64,000 bases of DNA from NCBI GenBank assembly GCA_963830915.1, contig CAWHOE010000053.1:32001-96000 (forward strand), written 5' to 3'. Origin of the DNA: a candidate division FCPU426 bacterium. GTDB taxonomy: Bacteria; Oederibacteriota; Muellerivitia; Muellerivitales; Muellerivitaceae. The notes below the pieces were generated by a model. The model made no database searches, was not told where the DNA came from, and saw only the letters and a list, made by a program, of their open reading frames with translations. Positions 9,299-20,233 of the stretch are shown here, one piece after another (position 1 is the stretch's first letter; each line of letters begins with the position of its first letter). Position numbers and translations under genes: made by a program.

Positions 9299-10300
9299 AT
9301 GATTCGATCATTACCACAACATCTTTTCAGGGTTTTCATTTTTCTTGTCATTTCGATCTTCACTACACATTCATCCTGGTCCTGTTCGGTCTGTGGATGT
9401 GGCGATCCTTTGGCCTCGGCCGGAAGCGCCCGCCCGTTGGCGGGTAGTTGGCGTATATCCTTCGAGCACATCTACTTGACCGCCAGCGCTCAAAGCGACG
9501 ATTTGACCGGTAGTATCGAGTCAATTCGCCAGGTCAATCTCAACACCACCCTTTCCTACAACCCCACGGATGATTTAACTTTGACCGCCATGTTCCCCAT
9601 GGTGGAAAAATACTGGTCCTATACCGCTTCCCCTGTGGCCCTTTCCAGGGGCGGTGGGAACGATGAGGGAACCCCTTTTGGGATTGGCGACATCATGGTG
9701 GGAGCTCGTTATTTCTTCTGGCAGGAAACGGATATGAAAGCCATGCAGCACCAAGCCCTAGCTATTTCCGGCGGGGTCTACCTTCCTTCCGGTGGAACCA
9801 ATTTCACTTCACTTATCACGGGGAATAATCTGGATACCCATGCCCAGCTGGGAACGGACGCCATAGGATTTTACGGGGGAATTCTTTTCAACAAGGTTTG
9901 GGATGACTTTTCTTTGAACATCAATTTCAACGTGGTGGCCCGAACCAAAGCCCTGACCAACGATCCCAACTCGCCGATCTACGACTATACCTTCGGGACC
10001 TCTTATACCGGAGGACTCCAAGGTCAGTTACAAGTCGCTGATGACTTCGCGTTTTCCGGGGCCGTCGAGGGGCGTTATGCGATCACGGATACTGAGCTCA
10101 GCATGACCGATATGACCAACCTGGTTAACACACCTAACACTGGCGGAACGGTTCTGGATGCAACCCCCGGGGTTTGGTGGAACGTCAGCGGAGATACCAC
10201 CCTTTATGCCAAGATCCAGATTCCTTTTTACACTGACCTTACGGGGAGCCAATTCGTAGGGCCGACCTATATTCTGGGTACCCAATTCTTGATCAAGTAA
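9299..10300 (+). CDS. Outer-membrane beta-barrel transporter-like protein with N-terminal CxxCxC motif
   Basis: SD AAGGAG at 9285-9290 before ATG 9299. Signal peptide followed by CSVCGCGDP, amphipathic strands, GIGDIMVGARY and LPSG...QLGT motifs, terminal strand YILGTQFLIK. Confidence 0.75.
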   Translation: MIRSLPQHLFRVFIFLVISIFTTHSSWSCSVCGCGDPLASAGSARPLAGSWRISFEHIYLTASAQSDDLTGSIESIRQVNLNTTLSYNPTDDLTLTAMFPMVEKYWSYTASPVALSRGGGNDEGTPFGIGDIMVGARYFFWQETDMKAMQHQALAISGGVYLPSGGTNFTSLITGNNLDTHAQLGTDAIGFYGGILFNKVWDDFSLNINFNVVARTKALTNDPNSPIYDYTFGTSYTGGLQGQLQVADDFAFSGAVEGRYAITDTELSMTDMTNLVNTPNTGGTVLDATPGVWWNVSGDTTLYAKIQIPFYTDLTGSQFVGPTYILGTQFLIK

Positions 10301-10396
10301 GGATATTGCCGCTTGGATATCACCCCAAGCTGCTTTTCTTTTTTGGGTAATCAACGTAAAATCATGCCTCTTTTAACCCACGTCAACGGATAATCA

Positions 10397-11740
10397 ATGT
10401 TTGAGCAACTAACTGAAAAGATACAGAAGGTCTTCAAGAATCTTCGCGGCCAAGGAAAACTGACCGACGAGAACATCCAAGCGGCCCTGCTGGAGGTTCG
10501 CACTGCCCTGCTGGACGCGGATGTGAACCTGGATACCGTCAAGCTATTCCTGGACAAGGTCAAGGCAAAGGCCCTAGGCACGGATGTCTCCTTGAGTCTG
10601 ACCCCCGGCCAAGTAATGATCAAGATCGTCCACGATGAATTGATCCAGTTATTGACCCCGAAGGACCGTAACGCCACCAAACTGAAGTTCGCCCCAGCCC
10701 CACCGACCCTGATCCTTCTGGCCGGGCTTCAAGGAACAGGTAAGACCACCACCGCCGCCAAACTAGCCCTTTTCCTCAAGAACGATGGCCGCAAACCTGG
10801 GCTGGTCGCTGCCGACCTGGTACGTCCTGCCGCTATCGATCAACTATTTTCACTTGCTTCCCAGATCGAAGTTCCATGCTTCAAACCCGAGCCAGGGGAG
10901 AAAGCCATGGATGTCTGTATCCGTGCGGTCAAGACATGTTTGCAAAACAACTGCAATATCTTGATCCTCGATACCGCTGGGCGCCTTCAGATCGATGTGG
11001 AGATGATGGATGAGATCTCAGCGATCCATCAGAAACTCAAACCCTCCAACGTCCTTTTGGTCGTGGACGCCATGACCGGACAGAACGCGGTCCAGGTGGC
11101 TTCCGCCTTCCATGCCAAGCTTCCCTTGACCGGCCTGGTCCTGACGAAAGCGGACGGTGACGCCAGGGGCGGAGCGATATTTTCGATCACTTCGGTGACC
11201 GGGGTGCCCATTCAATTCGTGGGAGTGAGCGAGAAAATGGACGGGTTGGAGGCCTTCTATCCGGACCGCACCGCTTCCCGGATACTCGGAATGGGTGACA
11301 TGTTGACCTTGATCGAAAAAGCCGAGACTGTGGCCCGTCAGACCGCGATGGAAAGGCAGAAATTTTCCAAAGCATCCGATTTCGACTTGAACCACCTGTT
11401 GGACCAGATCAGGCAATTGAAGAAGATGGGATCGATGGAAGAGATCATCAATATGATGCCGGGAGACCATGCCCAAAAAAAACAGATGATGGCGGGAGCG
11501 CCGGATGAAAGACGTATCAAGCGCATGGAGGCCATCCTGCTTTCCATGACCGCGAAGGAAAGGCGTTTTCCCCAAATCCTGGACGGATCCCGTAAAAGAC
11601 GCATCGCGGCTGGTAGCGGAACCAGGCCTGATGAGATCAATACGCTCTTGAAGCAATATGACATGATGCGAAAGGTGATGAAAAAAGGCAGTCTGGGCGG
11701 TCTGGGGAAGGGTTTTCCTCCCGGTATGTTCCCCAAGTGA
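10397..11740 (+). CDS. ffh: Signal recognition particle protein Ffh
   Basis: ALLDADVN, GLQGTGKTTT, DTAGR, TKADGDARGG, SRILGMGD, SRKRRIAAGSG. Confidence 0.98.
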   Translation: MFEQLTEKIQKVFKNLRGQGKLTDENIQAALLEVRTALLDADVNLDTVKLFLDKVKAKALGTDVSLSLTPGQVMIKIVHDELIQLLTPKDRNATKLKFAPAPPTLILLAGLQGTGKTTTAAKLALFLKNDGRKPGLVAADLVRPAAIDQLFSLASQIEVPCFKPEPGEKAMDVCIRAVKTCLQNNCNILILDTAGRLQIDVEMMDEISAIHQKLKPSNVLLVVDAMTGQNAVQVASAFHAKLPLTGLVLTKADGDARGGAIFSITSVTGVPIQFVGVSEKMDGLEAFYPDRTASRILGMGDMLTLIEKAETVARQTAMERQKFSKASDFDLNHLLDQIRQLKKMGSMEEIINMMPGDHAQKKQMMAGAPDERRIKRMEAILLSMTAKERRFPQILDGSRKRRIAAGSGTRPDEINTLLKQYDMMRKVMKKGSLGGLGKGFPPGMFPK

Positions 11741-11817
11741 TCCAGGTTTAGACCAAAGAAAAAATATTCCGGCCTTGGAATATCCGATTTATTATCCAAA
11801 AGAACCCCCTGTTCACG

Positions 11818-11847
11818 TTGACGTTCTAAAAGAAACAGGGCTACAAT
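11818..11847 (+). promoter_or_regulatory. Putative sigma70 promoter TTGACG-18 bp-TACAAT
   Basis: Near-consensus hexamers about 50 bp upstream of ATG 11895. Confidence 0.55.
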
Positions 11848-11894
11848 GTTGGCCCGCTCATTCTTCACTCTAAATCAAGGTAAACGGCTAAAAC

Positions 11895-13928
11895 ATGGGA
11901 CTTTTTGGGAGCAAAGACGAAAAGAAAAAGGAACTTCTCGATTCGGCCCAAAAGCTGATCGAGCAGGGGGATTTGACCAAAGCCCAAAAGGAACTCCAAA
12001 AAGCCGTTGAGATGGACCCAGCTTATAAGGAAGCCCAGACTGCCCTAGGTTTCCTTTATGTTGATCTTGGACAGAATGACAATGCCATCCAGACCTTCAA
12101 AAAAGTCATCATCATCGAGAACGACTCACAAGAAGCCTGGAACAACCTGGGCTTGACCCTCGCCCGGTGCGAGCGCTACACCGAAGCCATCAAGACTTTC
12201 GAGGACGCCATCTCCCGCAATCCTAAGGTCGCCACTTTTTATAACAACTTGGGGAATGTCTATTACGAACTGGGTCAATACGCCCAGGCCATGCAGGTTT
12301 TCCAGACCGCTGTTGAGCTGGACCCATCCTACGCTGAATCCTATCACCGTTTGGGTATCGACAAGGACACGGCCGGTAATATGGACGCCACGATCAAAAG
12401 GCTGGAGGAATCGGCCAAGACCGGGAAGAACAAGGCCAAAACCGCCTACGACATCGGCAACATTTACGCTAAACAGGAATTGTTGGATAAAGCCATTAAG
12501 TCCTTCCAGGAAGCCACCCGGTTGGATCCCCGTTTCGAGGCGGCTTGGATGGCACTGGGGTTCGCTCTTGAACGCAAGGGGGACCTTCAAAAAGCCCTGG
12601 AGACCTTCAGCCAGGTCATCACGCTGAATCCCCAAAGCGCCAAGATCCATAACACCGTGGGGCTCATCTTCGACAAACTCCAACTCTATAAACAAGCCAT
12701 CAACGAGTACCGCATCGCCATCAAACTGGAACCCAGCTACACGAACGCCCATTTCATTCTTGGACAGGTTTACGAGAATAAAGGGATCATGGAAAAGGCC
12801 ATCGCCGAGTACGAAAAATTCGTTCGTATCCATGAGACAGGCGCCATGGTCGAAGAGGCCAAGGGACGTATTGCCAAACTTAAGAATTCGACCCCTGAGG
12901 AAGTGGAACAGCTGTTGAACCTGAAAAAACAGGACGTTCCCCTTCCCGTCAGCGACGAAACTAAGACAGAGAAGGCCAAACCGGCCGAGTCGCCAGCCGC
13001 GCCCTCTACGACCCACGAAGTGGATGGTTTCAAGCTGACTGACCCCAAAGAATATTTGAAACAGGTCCTAGCCAAAGCGAAAGCGGCGAAAAATCCTCAG
13101 CCTGCCCCAGTAACCGCGCCGTCGCCCGCTGTGGTCGCACCGGTTGTGCCAACCGTATCCGCGGCACCCACCGTAAAAACCGCTCCTATCATGCCTTCCA
13201 CTCCCGAACCTCCTACTCCTCAACCTGCGCTTCAAGTAAAACAACCAGAAACCTCTCCATCCACAGCTCCTGAGGTCAAAGCAACCCTTCCCACACCACC
13301 GATCCAAACGGCCTCATCAACCCCTGTTCTAGCGCCACCTATTACGCCGGAAGTTCAAACTGAGACCGCTCCCGCAGCACCCATAGCGAAAGCGACAGTC
13401 CCCACAACCGCAGACGCACCCATACCCGTTACTCCAGCCGCTGTTCCGGTCCATTTCACTGGCGAAGAAGAGACCGTTTCCGCCATTCCTATTTATACTC
13501 CAGACCAACCTCCCCCGGCTTCCGCCCTTGATGGTTATGTGTTGGATGAGCAAGAGGTCCTTGCCGCCATAGCCCAGGTGGATACCCAGAGCGTGGAAGA
13601 GCAATCCCAAGTTTTAGAGGCGGTCGAGGCCATCAGTTTCCCCCATTCAAACACGGATGAATTGTTGGAGGATACGGACTCGATCGCATCGCAACCAGTC
13701 CCGGTCAAAACGTCTCCATCTCCAGTGATTCCCCAACCCGTTGTTCCTCCTCCCACGACGGCCAACCCTAAACCGCCGCCGATCGAACCTCCCCCCCTCC
13801 ACAAAAATCTAGTATCAAACGGGGCTTCTATTGATTTAAAGGCAAGTTCTCTTTCCCCCGTTTTTTGTCTTGCGTCTTGGAATTACCATCTTACAATTGT
13901 TCGGTCATCTGAATTATCCAAGGAGTGA
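11895..13928 (+). CDS. TPR-repeat protein with long Pro/Ala/Thr-rich C-terminal region; true stop probably 13834 (indel in a C-run near 13790)
   Basis: About nine 34-aa TPR units (AWNNLG, FYNNLGNVY, AHFILGQVY) followed by a low-complexity tail. Confidence 0.85.
   Translation: MGLFGSKDEKKKELLDSAQKLIEQGDLTKAQKELQKAVEMDPAYKEAQTALGFLYVDLGQNDNAIQTFKKVIIIENDSQEAWNNLGLTLARCERYTEAIKTFEDAISRNPKVATFYNNLGNVYYELGQYAQAMQVFQTAVELDPSYAESYHRLGIDKDTAGNMDATIKRLEESAKTGKNKAKTAYDIGNIYAKQELLDKAIKSFQEATRLDPRFEAAWMALGFALERKGDLQKALETFSQVITLNPQSAKIHNTVGLIFDKLQLYKQAINEYRIAIKLEPSYTNAHFILGQVYENKGIMEKAIAEYEKFVRIHETGAMVEEAKGRIAKLKNSTPEEVEQLLNLKKQDVPLPVSDETKTEKAKPAESPAAPSTTHEVDGFKLTDPKEYLKQVLAKAKAAKNPQPAPVTAPSPAVVAPVVPTVSAAPTVKTAPIMPSTPEPPTPQPALQVKQPETSPSTAPEVKATLPTPPIQTASSTPVLAPPITPEVQTETAPAAPIAKATVPTTADAPIPVTPAAVPVHFTGEEETVSAIPIYTPDQPPPASALDGYVLDEQEVLAAIAQVDTQSVEEQSQVLEAVEAISFPHSNTDELLEDTDSIASQPVPVKTSPSPVIPQPVVPPPTTANPKPPPIEPPPLHKNLVSNGASIDLKASSLSPVFCLASWNYHLTIVRSSELSKE
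13870..13897 (+). promoter_or_regulatory. Putative sigma70 promoter TTGCGT-16 bp-TACAAT for the 13932 gene
   Basis: Hexamers 35-60 bp upstream of SD AAGGAG and ATG 13932. Confidence 0.45.
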
Positions 13929-13931
13929 ACC

Positions 13932-14387
13932 ATGCCCGATGTGAGTTATCTGGCCAAATATTCCCCTTTTAAAAGTTTCGATGGTAACGACCTGGACGCT
14001 TTGGGATCGGTGGGCGAGGAAAAAGTCTTCAAGAAGGATGAGCTGATCTTCGACGAGGATTCCAAGGGCGACAGCATGTACATTCTCAAAGCCGGCTCGG
14101 TCAAGATCATCAAGAAAGTCAAGAACCAGGAAAATACGATTGCAGTGCTGAACGCCGGCGAGTTCTTCGGTGAAATGGCTTTATTGGATGGGCTACCCCG
14201 TTCAGCCGCAGTCAGGGCCACCAGCGACTGTGAGGTCCTGTTGGTCACCCTGGAAGGCTATCAAAAACTTCGTCGGGAAAAACCCCATACCGCCTTGAAG
14301 CTGATGGATATCATCATCAAGGTCTTGTCCAACAGGCTGCGCCAAGCCAACAAGAACCTGGAAGTCATCAGTTTTTGGATCGAATGA
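13932..14387 (+). CDS. Stand-alone cyclic-nucleotide-binding domain protein (no HTH)
   Basis: IFDEDSKGDSMYIL, GEFFGEMALLDGLPRSAAV phosphate-binding cassette, C-helix LSNRLRQAN. Confidence 0.9.
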   Translation: MPDVSYLAKYSPFKSFDGNDLDALGSVGEEKVFKKDELIFDEDSKGDSMYILKAGSVKIIKKVKNQENTIAVLNAGEFFGEMALLDGLPRSAAVRATSDCEVLLVTLEGYQKLRREKPHTALKLMDIIIKVLSNRLRQANKNLEVISFWIE

Positions 14388-14405
14388 CCTTCCGATCCCG
14401 TACAT

Positions 14406-14439
14406 AAAAAAAGCCCAGGATATTATCCGGGGCTTTTTT
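14406..14439. terminator. Bidirectional rho-independent terminator
   Basis: AAAAAAAGCCCAGGATATTATCCGGGGCTTTTTT between convergent genes. Confidence 0.8.
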
Positions 14440-14485
14440 GTTTCCAGCGATTTTAATCAGCTAATCTGCCCATTACTGGGGAAGA

Positions 14486-14770
14486 TCAGTTGTTTTGGCT
14501 CTGTTGTTTCTTGGCTTCCTGCTCTTCTTCCCATTGCTTCCGGCGCGCCACACGGGCCTCGTCCGAAAGCATTGAGGTCATGATGTTTCCAATCCTTGCC
14601 TTGATATTAAGAAGGGCGCGATCCTTGCCTCCCCCAAAATCAGGGACCATGATCTCGCCGAAGTTATTGATATGGGTCTTGGCAAACACTTTCCCACTCT
14701 TGGCGATGAACTCGACCTCAAAATCCTTCTCGTGAATGGTTACCTTGACGGTTTCGTTATCCTGAGCCAT
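14486..14770 (-). CDS. Small hypothetical protein
   Basis: 94-aa ORF with ATG, AAGGTGG SD-like site and protein-like composition. Confidence 0.7.
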   Translation of the reverse strand: MAQDNETVKVTIHEKDFEVEFIAKSGKVFAKTHINNFGEIMVPDFGGGKDRALLNIKARIGNIMTSMLSDEARVARRKQWEEEQEAKKQQSQNN

Positions 14771-14979
14771 AGACCACCTTGTTTTCTTGGGATTACCAAC
14801 GGGAGGCGTATCTTAACCACCCCAAGACGCTTTTTCAAGCCTTTGTAATCGCTTAGGATCCTGAAGTCCAAGGGTTTCAGGTTTAATCACTTTAACCCGA
14901 CTTGTCGATATTTCCTTGATTCTTTTTATCGCAATTGATATCTATAAGTCCGCCGCAACTCTGCCCAGTTGAGGTCTAT

Positions 14980-16516
14980 ATGCTATCGAATATCCGAAGC
15001 GCCGCTTTATTGGGGATCGACGCCTATCCGGTCGAAGTGGAAGTGGACATCTGCCCAGGTCTTCCCACTTTTCAAACGGTTGGGTTGCCTGACACCGCGG
15101 TCAAGGAATCCAAGGACCGTGTCAAAAGCGCCATCACCAATTCCCAGTTTTCTTTTCCTATCCAACGCATCACCGTCAACCTAGCCCCTGCCGATACTAA
15201 AAAAGAAGGTCCCTCTTTCGATCTGCCCATGGCGGTCGGGATCCTGGTGGCTTCTGGCCGCTTACCCCAAAAACTCGTGGAAGGCTATTGGTTGGTGGGT
15301 GAATTGGCCCTGGACGGCAAGATCCGTCCCATCCGGGGAGCTCTTTCCATCGCGTTGGCTGCCCGGGATTGCAAAGTGAAAGGCCTGCTGGTTCCTGCGG
15401 AAAACGCCAAGGAAGCGGGAGTGGTCCAGGAAGTACCCGTCTTCGCGGTAAAGAACCTGAAGGAAACTTTCGACTTTTTAAGCGGTACCAAACCGATGAA
15501 CCCCATCCAGGTCAATATCGAGGAAGAGTTCAAACAACATTCGACCTATAAGGTCGATTTTTCTGACGTCAAGGGACAGGAGAACGCCAAGAGAGCTTTG
15601 GAAATCGGCGCCGCGGGGGGACATAACATCCTTCTGGTGGGCCCGCCTGGTTCGGGAAAAACCATGCTCACCAAACGGTTGCCCACCATCCTCCCTCCCT
15701 TGTCCTTGGAGGAAGCCATCCAATCCACCAAAGTCCACTCCATTGCCGGCACCCTAGGACGCCGAAAAGCCCTGATGGCGACCCGGGCCTTTCGATCCCC
15801 CCATCACACCATTTCTGACGCTGGTCTCATCGGCTGGAGGAAGTATCCCCAAACCTGGCGAGGTCAGCCTATCGCACAACGGGGTTCTTTTCTTGGACGA
15901 ATTCCCGGAATTCAACAAGAACGTGTTGGAGGTCCTGCGCCAACCCTTGGAAGAAGGCCAGGTGACGATTTCTCGCGTCCAATCAAGTTTGACCTTCCCG
16001 GCTCAGTTCATGTTAGCTTCTGCCATGAATCCATGCCCCTGCGGCTACTACACCGATCCTTCCCGGGAATGCACCTGTACGCCGCATCAGATCCACAAGT
16101 ACCTGAGCAAGATTTCGGGGCCTCTTTTGGACCGCATTGACCTTCACATTGAGGTTCCGGCCCTGAAATGGAAGGATATGTCCAATGACGAACCCACCGA
16201 GCCGTCCAGTGCCATACGGGATCGTATCTGCAAAGCCCGGGAGATCCAGCAAATGCGTTATACGAATGAGGGGATCCATTGCAACGCCCAGATGTCGACC
16301 CAACACCTGCGAAAACATTGTTCCTTAAATGAATCCTCCCAGGCCTTATTGAAAAGCGCCATGGAGAAATTCAGTCTTTCCGCTCGGGCCTATGACCGTA
16401 TCCTGAAAGTCGCAAGAACCATTGCTGACTTGGATGGGCAAGAGGATATTCAACCTGGTTATATTGCTGAGGCTATCCAATACCGCAACTTGGACCGCAG
16501 TGTCTGGCGCAACTGA
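14980..16516 (+). CDS. comM: ComM/YifB Mg-chelatase-like AAA+ ATPase, split by a +1 frameshift near 15835
   Basis: [32 protein letters not shown]. Removing T15835 restores [30 protein letters not shown], continuing to [15 protein letters not shown] and [10 protein letters not shown]. Confidence 0.92.
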
Positions 16517-16531
16517 TATCTAATGATTTTA

Positions 16532-17512
16532 TTATCTGTTGACCGTACTCATATCCGCGTATCTCGCTCCAGAAGTGACTCCTTTGGGGAATGCCTCATC
16601 CAAGTCATCCAGACCTGTTTGGGAAAGGACTACTTCCACCGCCTTAGCGTTCTCCTCCAGACGTGATCGCTTCTTAGTCCCGGGAATAGGCACGATATCC
16701 TTGCCTTGCGATAATACCCAGGCTAGGGCCAATTGGGCCGCAGTTACCTTCTTTTGGACAGCCATTTGCTGGACCACCTTGGCCAACTCCAGGTTCTTCT
16801 GGAAATTTTCTCCCTGAAAACGGGGGTGTTTGCGACGCCAATCATCCTCAGGCAGGTCCGCCAGGGTCTTAAAGGCGCCGGTCAGGAAACCCCGTCCCAA
16901 CGGGCTATAAGAAACAAATCCGATGCCCAATTCCCGAGTTGTCTGGAGTATTTCCCCTTCTGGGTCCCGGGACCAAAGCGAATATTCCGTTTGAAGGGCT
17001 GATATAGGGTGAACTTTATGGGCCCTCCTGATCGTGGCCGGTGCCGCCTCGGACAATCCCAGGTAACGGACCTTCCCCTGCTTGACCAGCTCAGCCATGG
17101 CTCCCACCGTATCCTCGATAGGGGTATTGGCGTCCACGCGATGCTGGTAATAGAGGTCGATATGTTCGATTTTCAGACGTCTGAGGGAATCCTCGCAACA
17201 TTTTCTCACATACTCGGGCTTGCCATTGACCCCTAGAAATTTCCCATCCGGCGTCCTTTGGTTACCGAACTTGGTGGCGATGACGAATCGATCGCGTTTT
17301 CCCGCGATGGCCTTGCCGACCAACTCCTCGTTCAAAAAGGGTCCATACATATCTGCCGTGTCCAGAAAATCGATCCCTAGGTCCAGGGCCCGATGGATGG
17401 TGGCGATGGATTCCAGATCTTCCCTTCCCGAATAGAAATCGGACATGCCCATACAACCTAATCCCATCCTGGAAACCATCAATCCTTCACGACCCAAAGG
17501 CATTCGTTCCAT
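16532..17512 (-). CDS. Aldo/keto reductase
   Basis: [36 protein letters not shown]. Confidence 0.95.
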   Translation of the reverse strand: MERMPLGREGLMVSRMGLGCMGMSDFYSGREDLESIATIHRALDLGIDFLDTADMYGPFLNEELVGKAIAGKRDRFVIATKFGNQRTPDGKFLGVNGKPEYVRKCCEDSLRRLKIEHIDLYYQHRVDANTPIEDTVGAMAELVKQGKVRYLGLSEAAPATIRRAHKVHPISALQTEYSLWSRDPEGEILQTTRELGIGFVSYSPLGRGFLTGAFKTLADLPEDDWRRKHPRFQGENFQKNLELAKVVQQMAVQKKVTAAQLALAWVLSQGKDIVPIPGTKKRSRLEENAKAVEVVLSQTGLDDLDEAFPKGVTSGARYADMSTVNR

Positions 17513-17713
17513 CGGTCTATCCTCCTTGAATGGTAGATTCCCGCCTTCAAATTAACGGCTCGTGCAAACCAATGCAATAGTTGTTAACGTTCAATGACAT
17601 CGCCTCAAATTCGAGAAATTTAACGGTTCCGTAACCCTTTGTTCATTTGGGATGGATGGCCTACCGTTAGGTTTTAACCCAATGCCGCTTACGAAAGAAT
17701 ATCGGAGCCCTTT

Positions 17714-18901
17714 TTGCGGATAGCCTATTTCACGGAAAGCCTTCCCCCATTGACAGACGGGGTCGCCCGCACCTACACCCGCCTTGTCGAAACCCTGAAC
17801 GACAAAAAGATCGACTGTCTTTTCTTCAGTCCCTCTAAACCGAAGGAAGAGGAACCCTGGCGGAAAAGGGTCATCAAGCTGCCTTCCGTCCCCTTTCCTT
17901 TGTACCGCTATTACCGAATGGGCATTCCCAATCGTTTCAAGTTGGATCCCATTCTGGACCGTTTCCAACCCGACCTGATCCACGTTGCCGCACCCACTCC
18001 CTTATGCCTCTACGGTCAGAATTACGCTTTTCGTCGAAAACTGCCAACCGTCGCGAGTTATCACACCCATTTCGTCGATTATTTCCCCTATTACGGTTTC
18101 AAGTGGGCCATCGACGGCGGGTGGAAATGGATGAAATGGTGTTACAACCGTAGTTTCTATACCTTCGCCCCTACACAAGGAACGTCCAATGAACTGACGG
18201 CCAGGGGATTCAACAATGTTCGATTATGGCCTAGGGGGATCGATGGAAAGAAATTCTCACCCGCATTCCGAAGTGAGGACCTCCGAAAAAAACTGGGGAT
18301 CGGATCACAGCTTCTCCTACTATTCGTTGGGAGGATGGTGTCCGAAAAGAACCTTCAGGATCTGGCAGATGCCGCCCTTGATCTTCGATCGCAAGGTTAC
18401 CAATTCCATCTGGCCTTCGCTGGGGACGGTCCCTATAGGGCAGTCATGGAAAAGCAGCTGCCCAATGACCATTTCTTCGGTTTCATCCAAGGTCAAGAAC
18501 TGGCGGAACTATATGCCTCCTCCGATATATTCGTGTTCCCTTCCACAACCGAAACCTTCGGGAACGTCACTTTGGAGGCCTTCGCATCCGGGCTTCCGGT
18601 GGTGGCCGTCAACAAAGGCGGTTCAGCGGATCTGGTCCAGGACGGGATCAATGGCTATTTAGCCAAACCAACCGACCCCAAGGATTTCGCCCAAAAGATC
18701 CTGCCATTGCTGGAAAATGAACCCCTTCGGAAAAGTCTAAGCCAAGGTGCCCTTCAGACTGCCCAAACCTATGATTGGCCTACGATTAATATGCGATTAT
18801 TGGATATTTGCGAAACCTTGGTTGCGGAAAATTCACATCATCCGGAAGCTCAAAAAGAAAACCCACTCTCAGGAGAAGCAGCCGCAAAGTTATTTGTTTA
18901 A
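17714..18901 (+). CDS. GT4 family (GT-B fold) glycosyltransferase
   Basis: RIAYFTES.PP..DGV, SYHT, FVGR..EKN, FPSTTETFGNVTLEAFASGLPV; TTG start. Confidence 0.92.
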   Translation: MRIAYFTESLPPLTDGVARTYTRLVETLNDKKIDCLFFSPSKPKEEEPWRKRVIKLPSVPFPLYRYYRMGIPNRFKLDPILDRFQPDLIHVAAPTPLCLYGQNYAFRRKLPTVASYHTHFVDYFPYYGFKWAIDGGWKWMKWCYNRSFYTFAPTQGTSNELTARGFNNVRLWPRGIDGKKFSPAFRSEDLRKKLGIGSQLLLLFVGRMVSEKNLQDLADAALDLRSQGYQFHLAFAGDGPYRAVMEKQLPNDHFFGFIQGQELAELYASSDIFVFPSTTETFGNVTLEAFASGLPVVAVNKGGSADLVQDGINGYLAKPTDPKDFAQKILPLLENEPLRKSLSQGALQTAQTYDWPTINMRLLDICETLVAENSHHPEAQKENPLSGEAAAKLFV

Positions 18902-18955
18902 TTCCGAGGCTATTCAAAGCTTCCAACCAGGCTGGTTTTACCCGATAATTTCTTA

Positions 18956-19624
18956 ATGGCTCCCAAACTCAATCTGTTTCTAAAACTCATACTCACCGCA
19001 TTTATTGTTTCTTGTTTCCGAACCACGGGCCATTGCCAGGAAATCCCCAACTTTAGTCTGATGTTCCACGGCGGACAGGATATTTCGACTGGGTTCATTC
19101 CAGCCAATAGCCCCGGTTTGGAAGGCGGTCTGGGAATGGGTATAGGCATAACAAACCAGATAGACGGTCTCTGGGGACTGGACTTGCTCACCATGCAAAG
19201 TACCGTCCAAGCACCCATCACCCTTTCATTACCCACTCCCTCCCAGCCGGTTTCTTTGGTCCCGCTTCAGCCTACGGTCGATATCGCCCTGTCGGTCAAT
19301 ACTCGTTTGTATCTCAATGACAAGTGGGACTTCATCCATGAACGTTTTAATACTGACCCGTACTTATTGGTTGGGTTGGGAATGGACTTGATGGTCGATG
19401 AATATCCCTTACCCCCGAATACTCCTTTCTACAGCGCCAGTTACGATATTTTATTTGGAATGAATCTTGGCGCAGGGATCGACATTCCTGTGGATAAAAC
19501 CTGGTTTTTTTACGCGGAAGGATTGGATCATCTGGTGGTTTGGCAAGGTTTGACGCAGGTTTACATTTTGCGGGGTGGGTTCAAAGTTATGCTGGACTCA
19601 GCCCACGTGGATCCCTTCCGATAA
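18956..19624 (+). CDS. Small outer-membrane beta-barrel-like protein
   Basis: Signal peptide; PYLLVGLG, FGMNLGAGIDIP and LRGGFK strands. Confidence 0.6.
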   Translation: MAPKLNLFLKLILTAFIVSCFRTTGHCQEIPNFSLMFHGGQDISTGFIPANSPGLEGGLGMGIGITNQIDGLWGLDLLTMQSTVQAPITLSLPTPSQPVSLVPLQPTVDIALSVNTRLYLNDKWDFIHERFNTDPYLLVGLGMDLMVDEYPLPPNTPFYSASYDILFGMNLGAGIDIPVDKTWFFYAEGLDHLVVWQGLTQVYILRGGFKVMLDSAHVDPFR

Positions 19625-19655
19625 AGAACATCCCATCGGGATCTCCGTACACCAT

Positions 19656-19955
19656 TCAAGGCTTATCCCATTTTTCCCGGCTTGCGACAAAAGCTTTTAC
19701 TGCGGAAAGGGGTGTGTCCAAGGGGGGAATCCCGATCACGGTGATATATTCGGTTTTATTTTGGCTGTTTTGAAAACCCCATCCAAAAGCCTGTTTGGCT
19801 TGTGGATGATCCTTCAATTCGAACACTTCCACCTTGCCCTGCCAAACGACCTGACCATCCATTGAGAGTCGCACCGGCTGGGTTTGGCGATAGATTGCCC
19901 CGCAGTTTCCGCGGTGCTCAATAGCGGTCAAAAGATTTTCCCTGTACTCATCCAT
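19656..19955 (-). CDS. Small hypothetical protein
   Basis: 99-aa ORF (VWQGKVEVFELKDHP...AFGW) with protein-like composition. Confidence 0.65.
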   Translation of the reverse strand: MDEYRENLLTAIEHRGNCGAIYRQTQPVRLSMDGQVVWQGKVEVFELKDHPQAKQAFGWGFQNSQNKTEYITVIGIPPLDTPLSAVKAFVASREKWDKP

Positions 19956-20233
19956 CCGTAATACCTTTCAATGCGGCTTCTGATTAAAACGGTAAACCAC
20001 GTCAGAACATCGATCCTTTATTATTTTAACCTAACCAGCCCAATGACTTGTTCATTTTATAATTAGTAAGGCCAACCAACAATGACCGATCCCCATCAAG
20101 GTGAAAGCCATCATAGGGGCTAAGTTCCTGAATTAACCAGAGGTCAATGAAAGATAACCAACCCAACCTTAAATAACTCATGACGTCCAAGGCCGGACAT
20201 GTAAAATATGCGTGTTTCCTATCAAAACCAACT

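Noticed and set aside
15830..15900. Mobile element insertion or programmed frameshift in comM
   Set aside because: The halves join by removing one base; there is no inserted DNA, att site, integrase or slippery heptamer.
20085..20125. GGTGAAAGCC hairpin upstream of the diguanylate cyclase as a c-di-GMP riboswitch
   Set aside because: It lacks the flanking GCAAA elements and second stem of the class I consensus.
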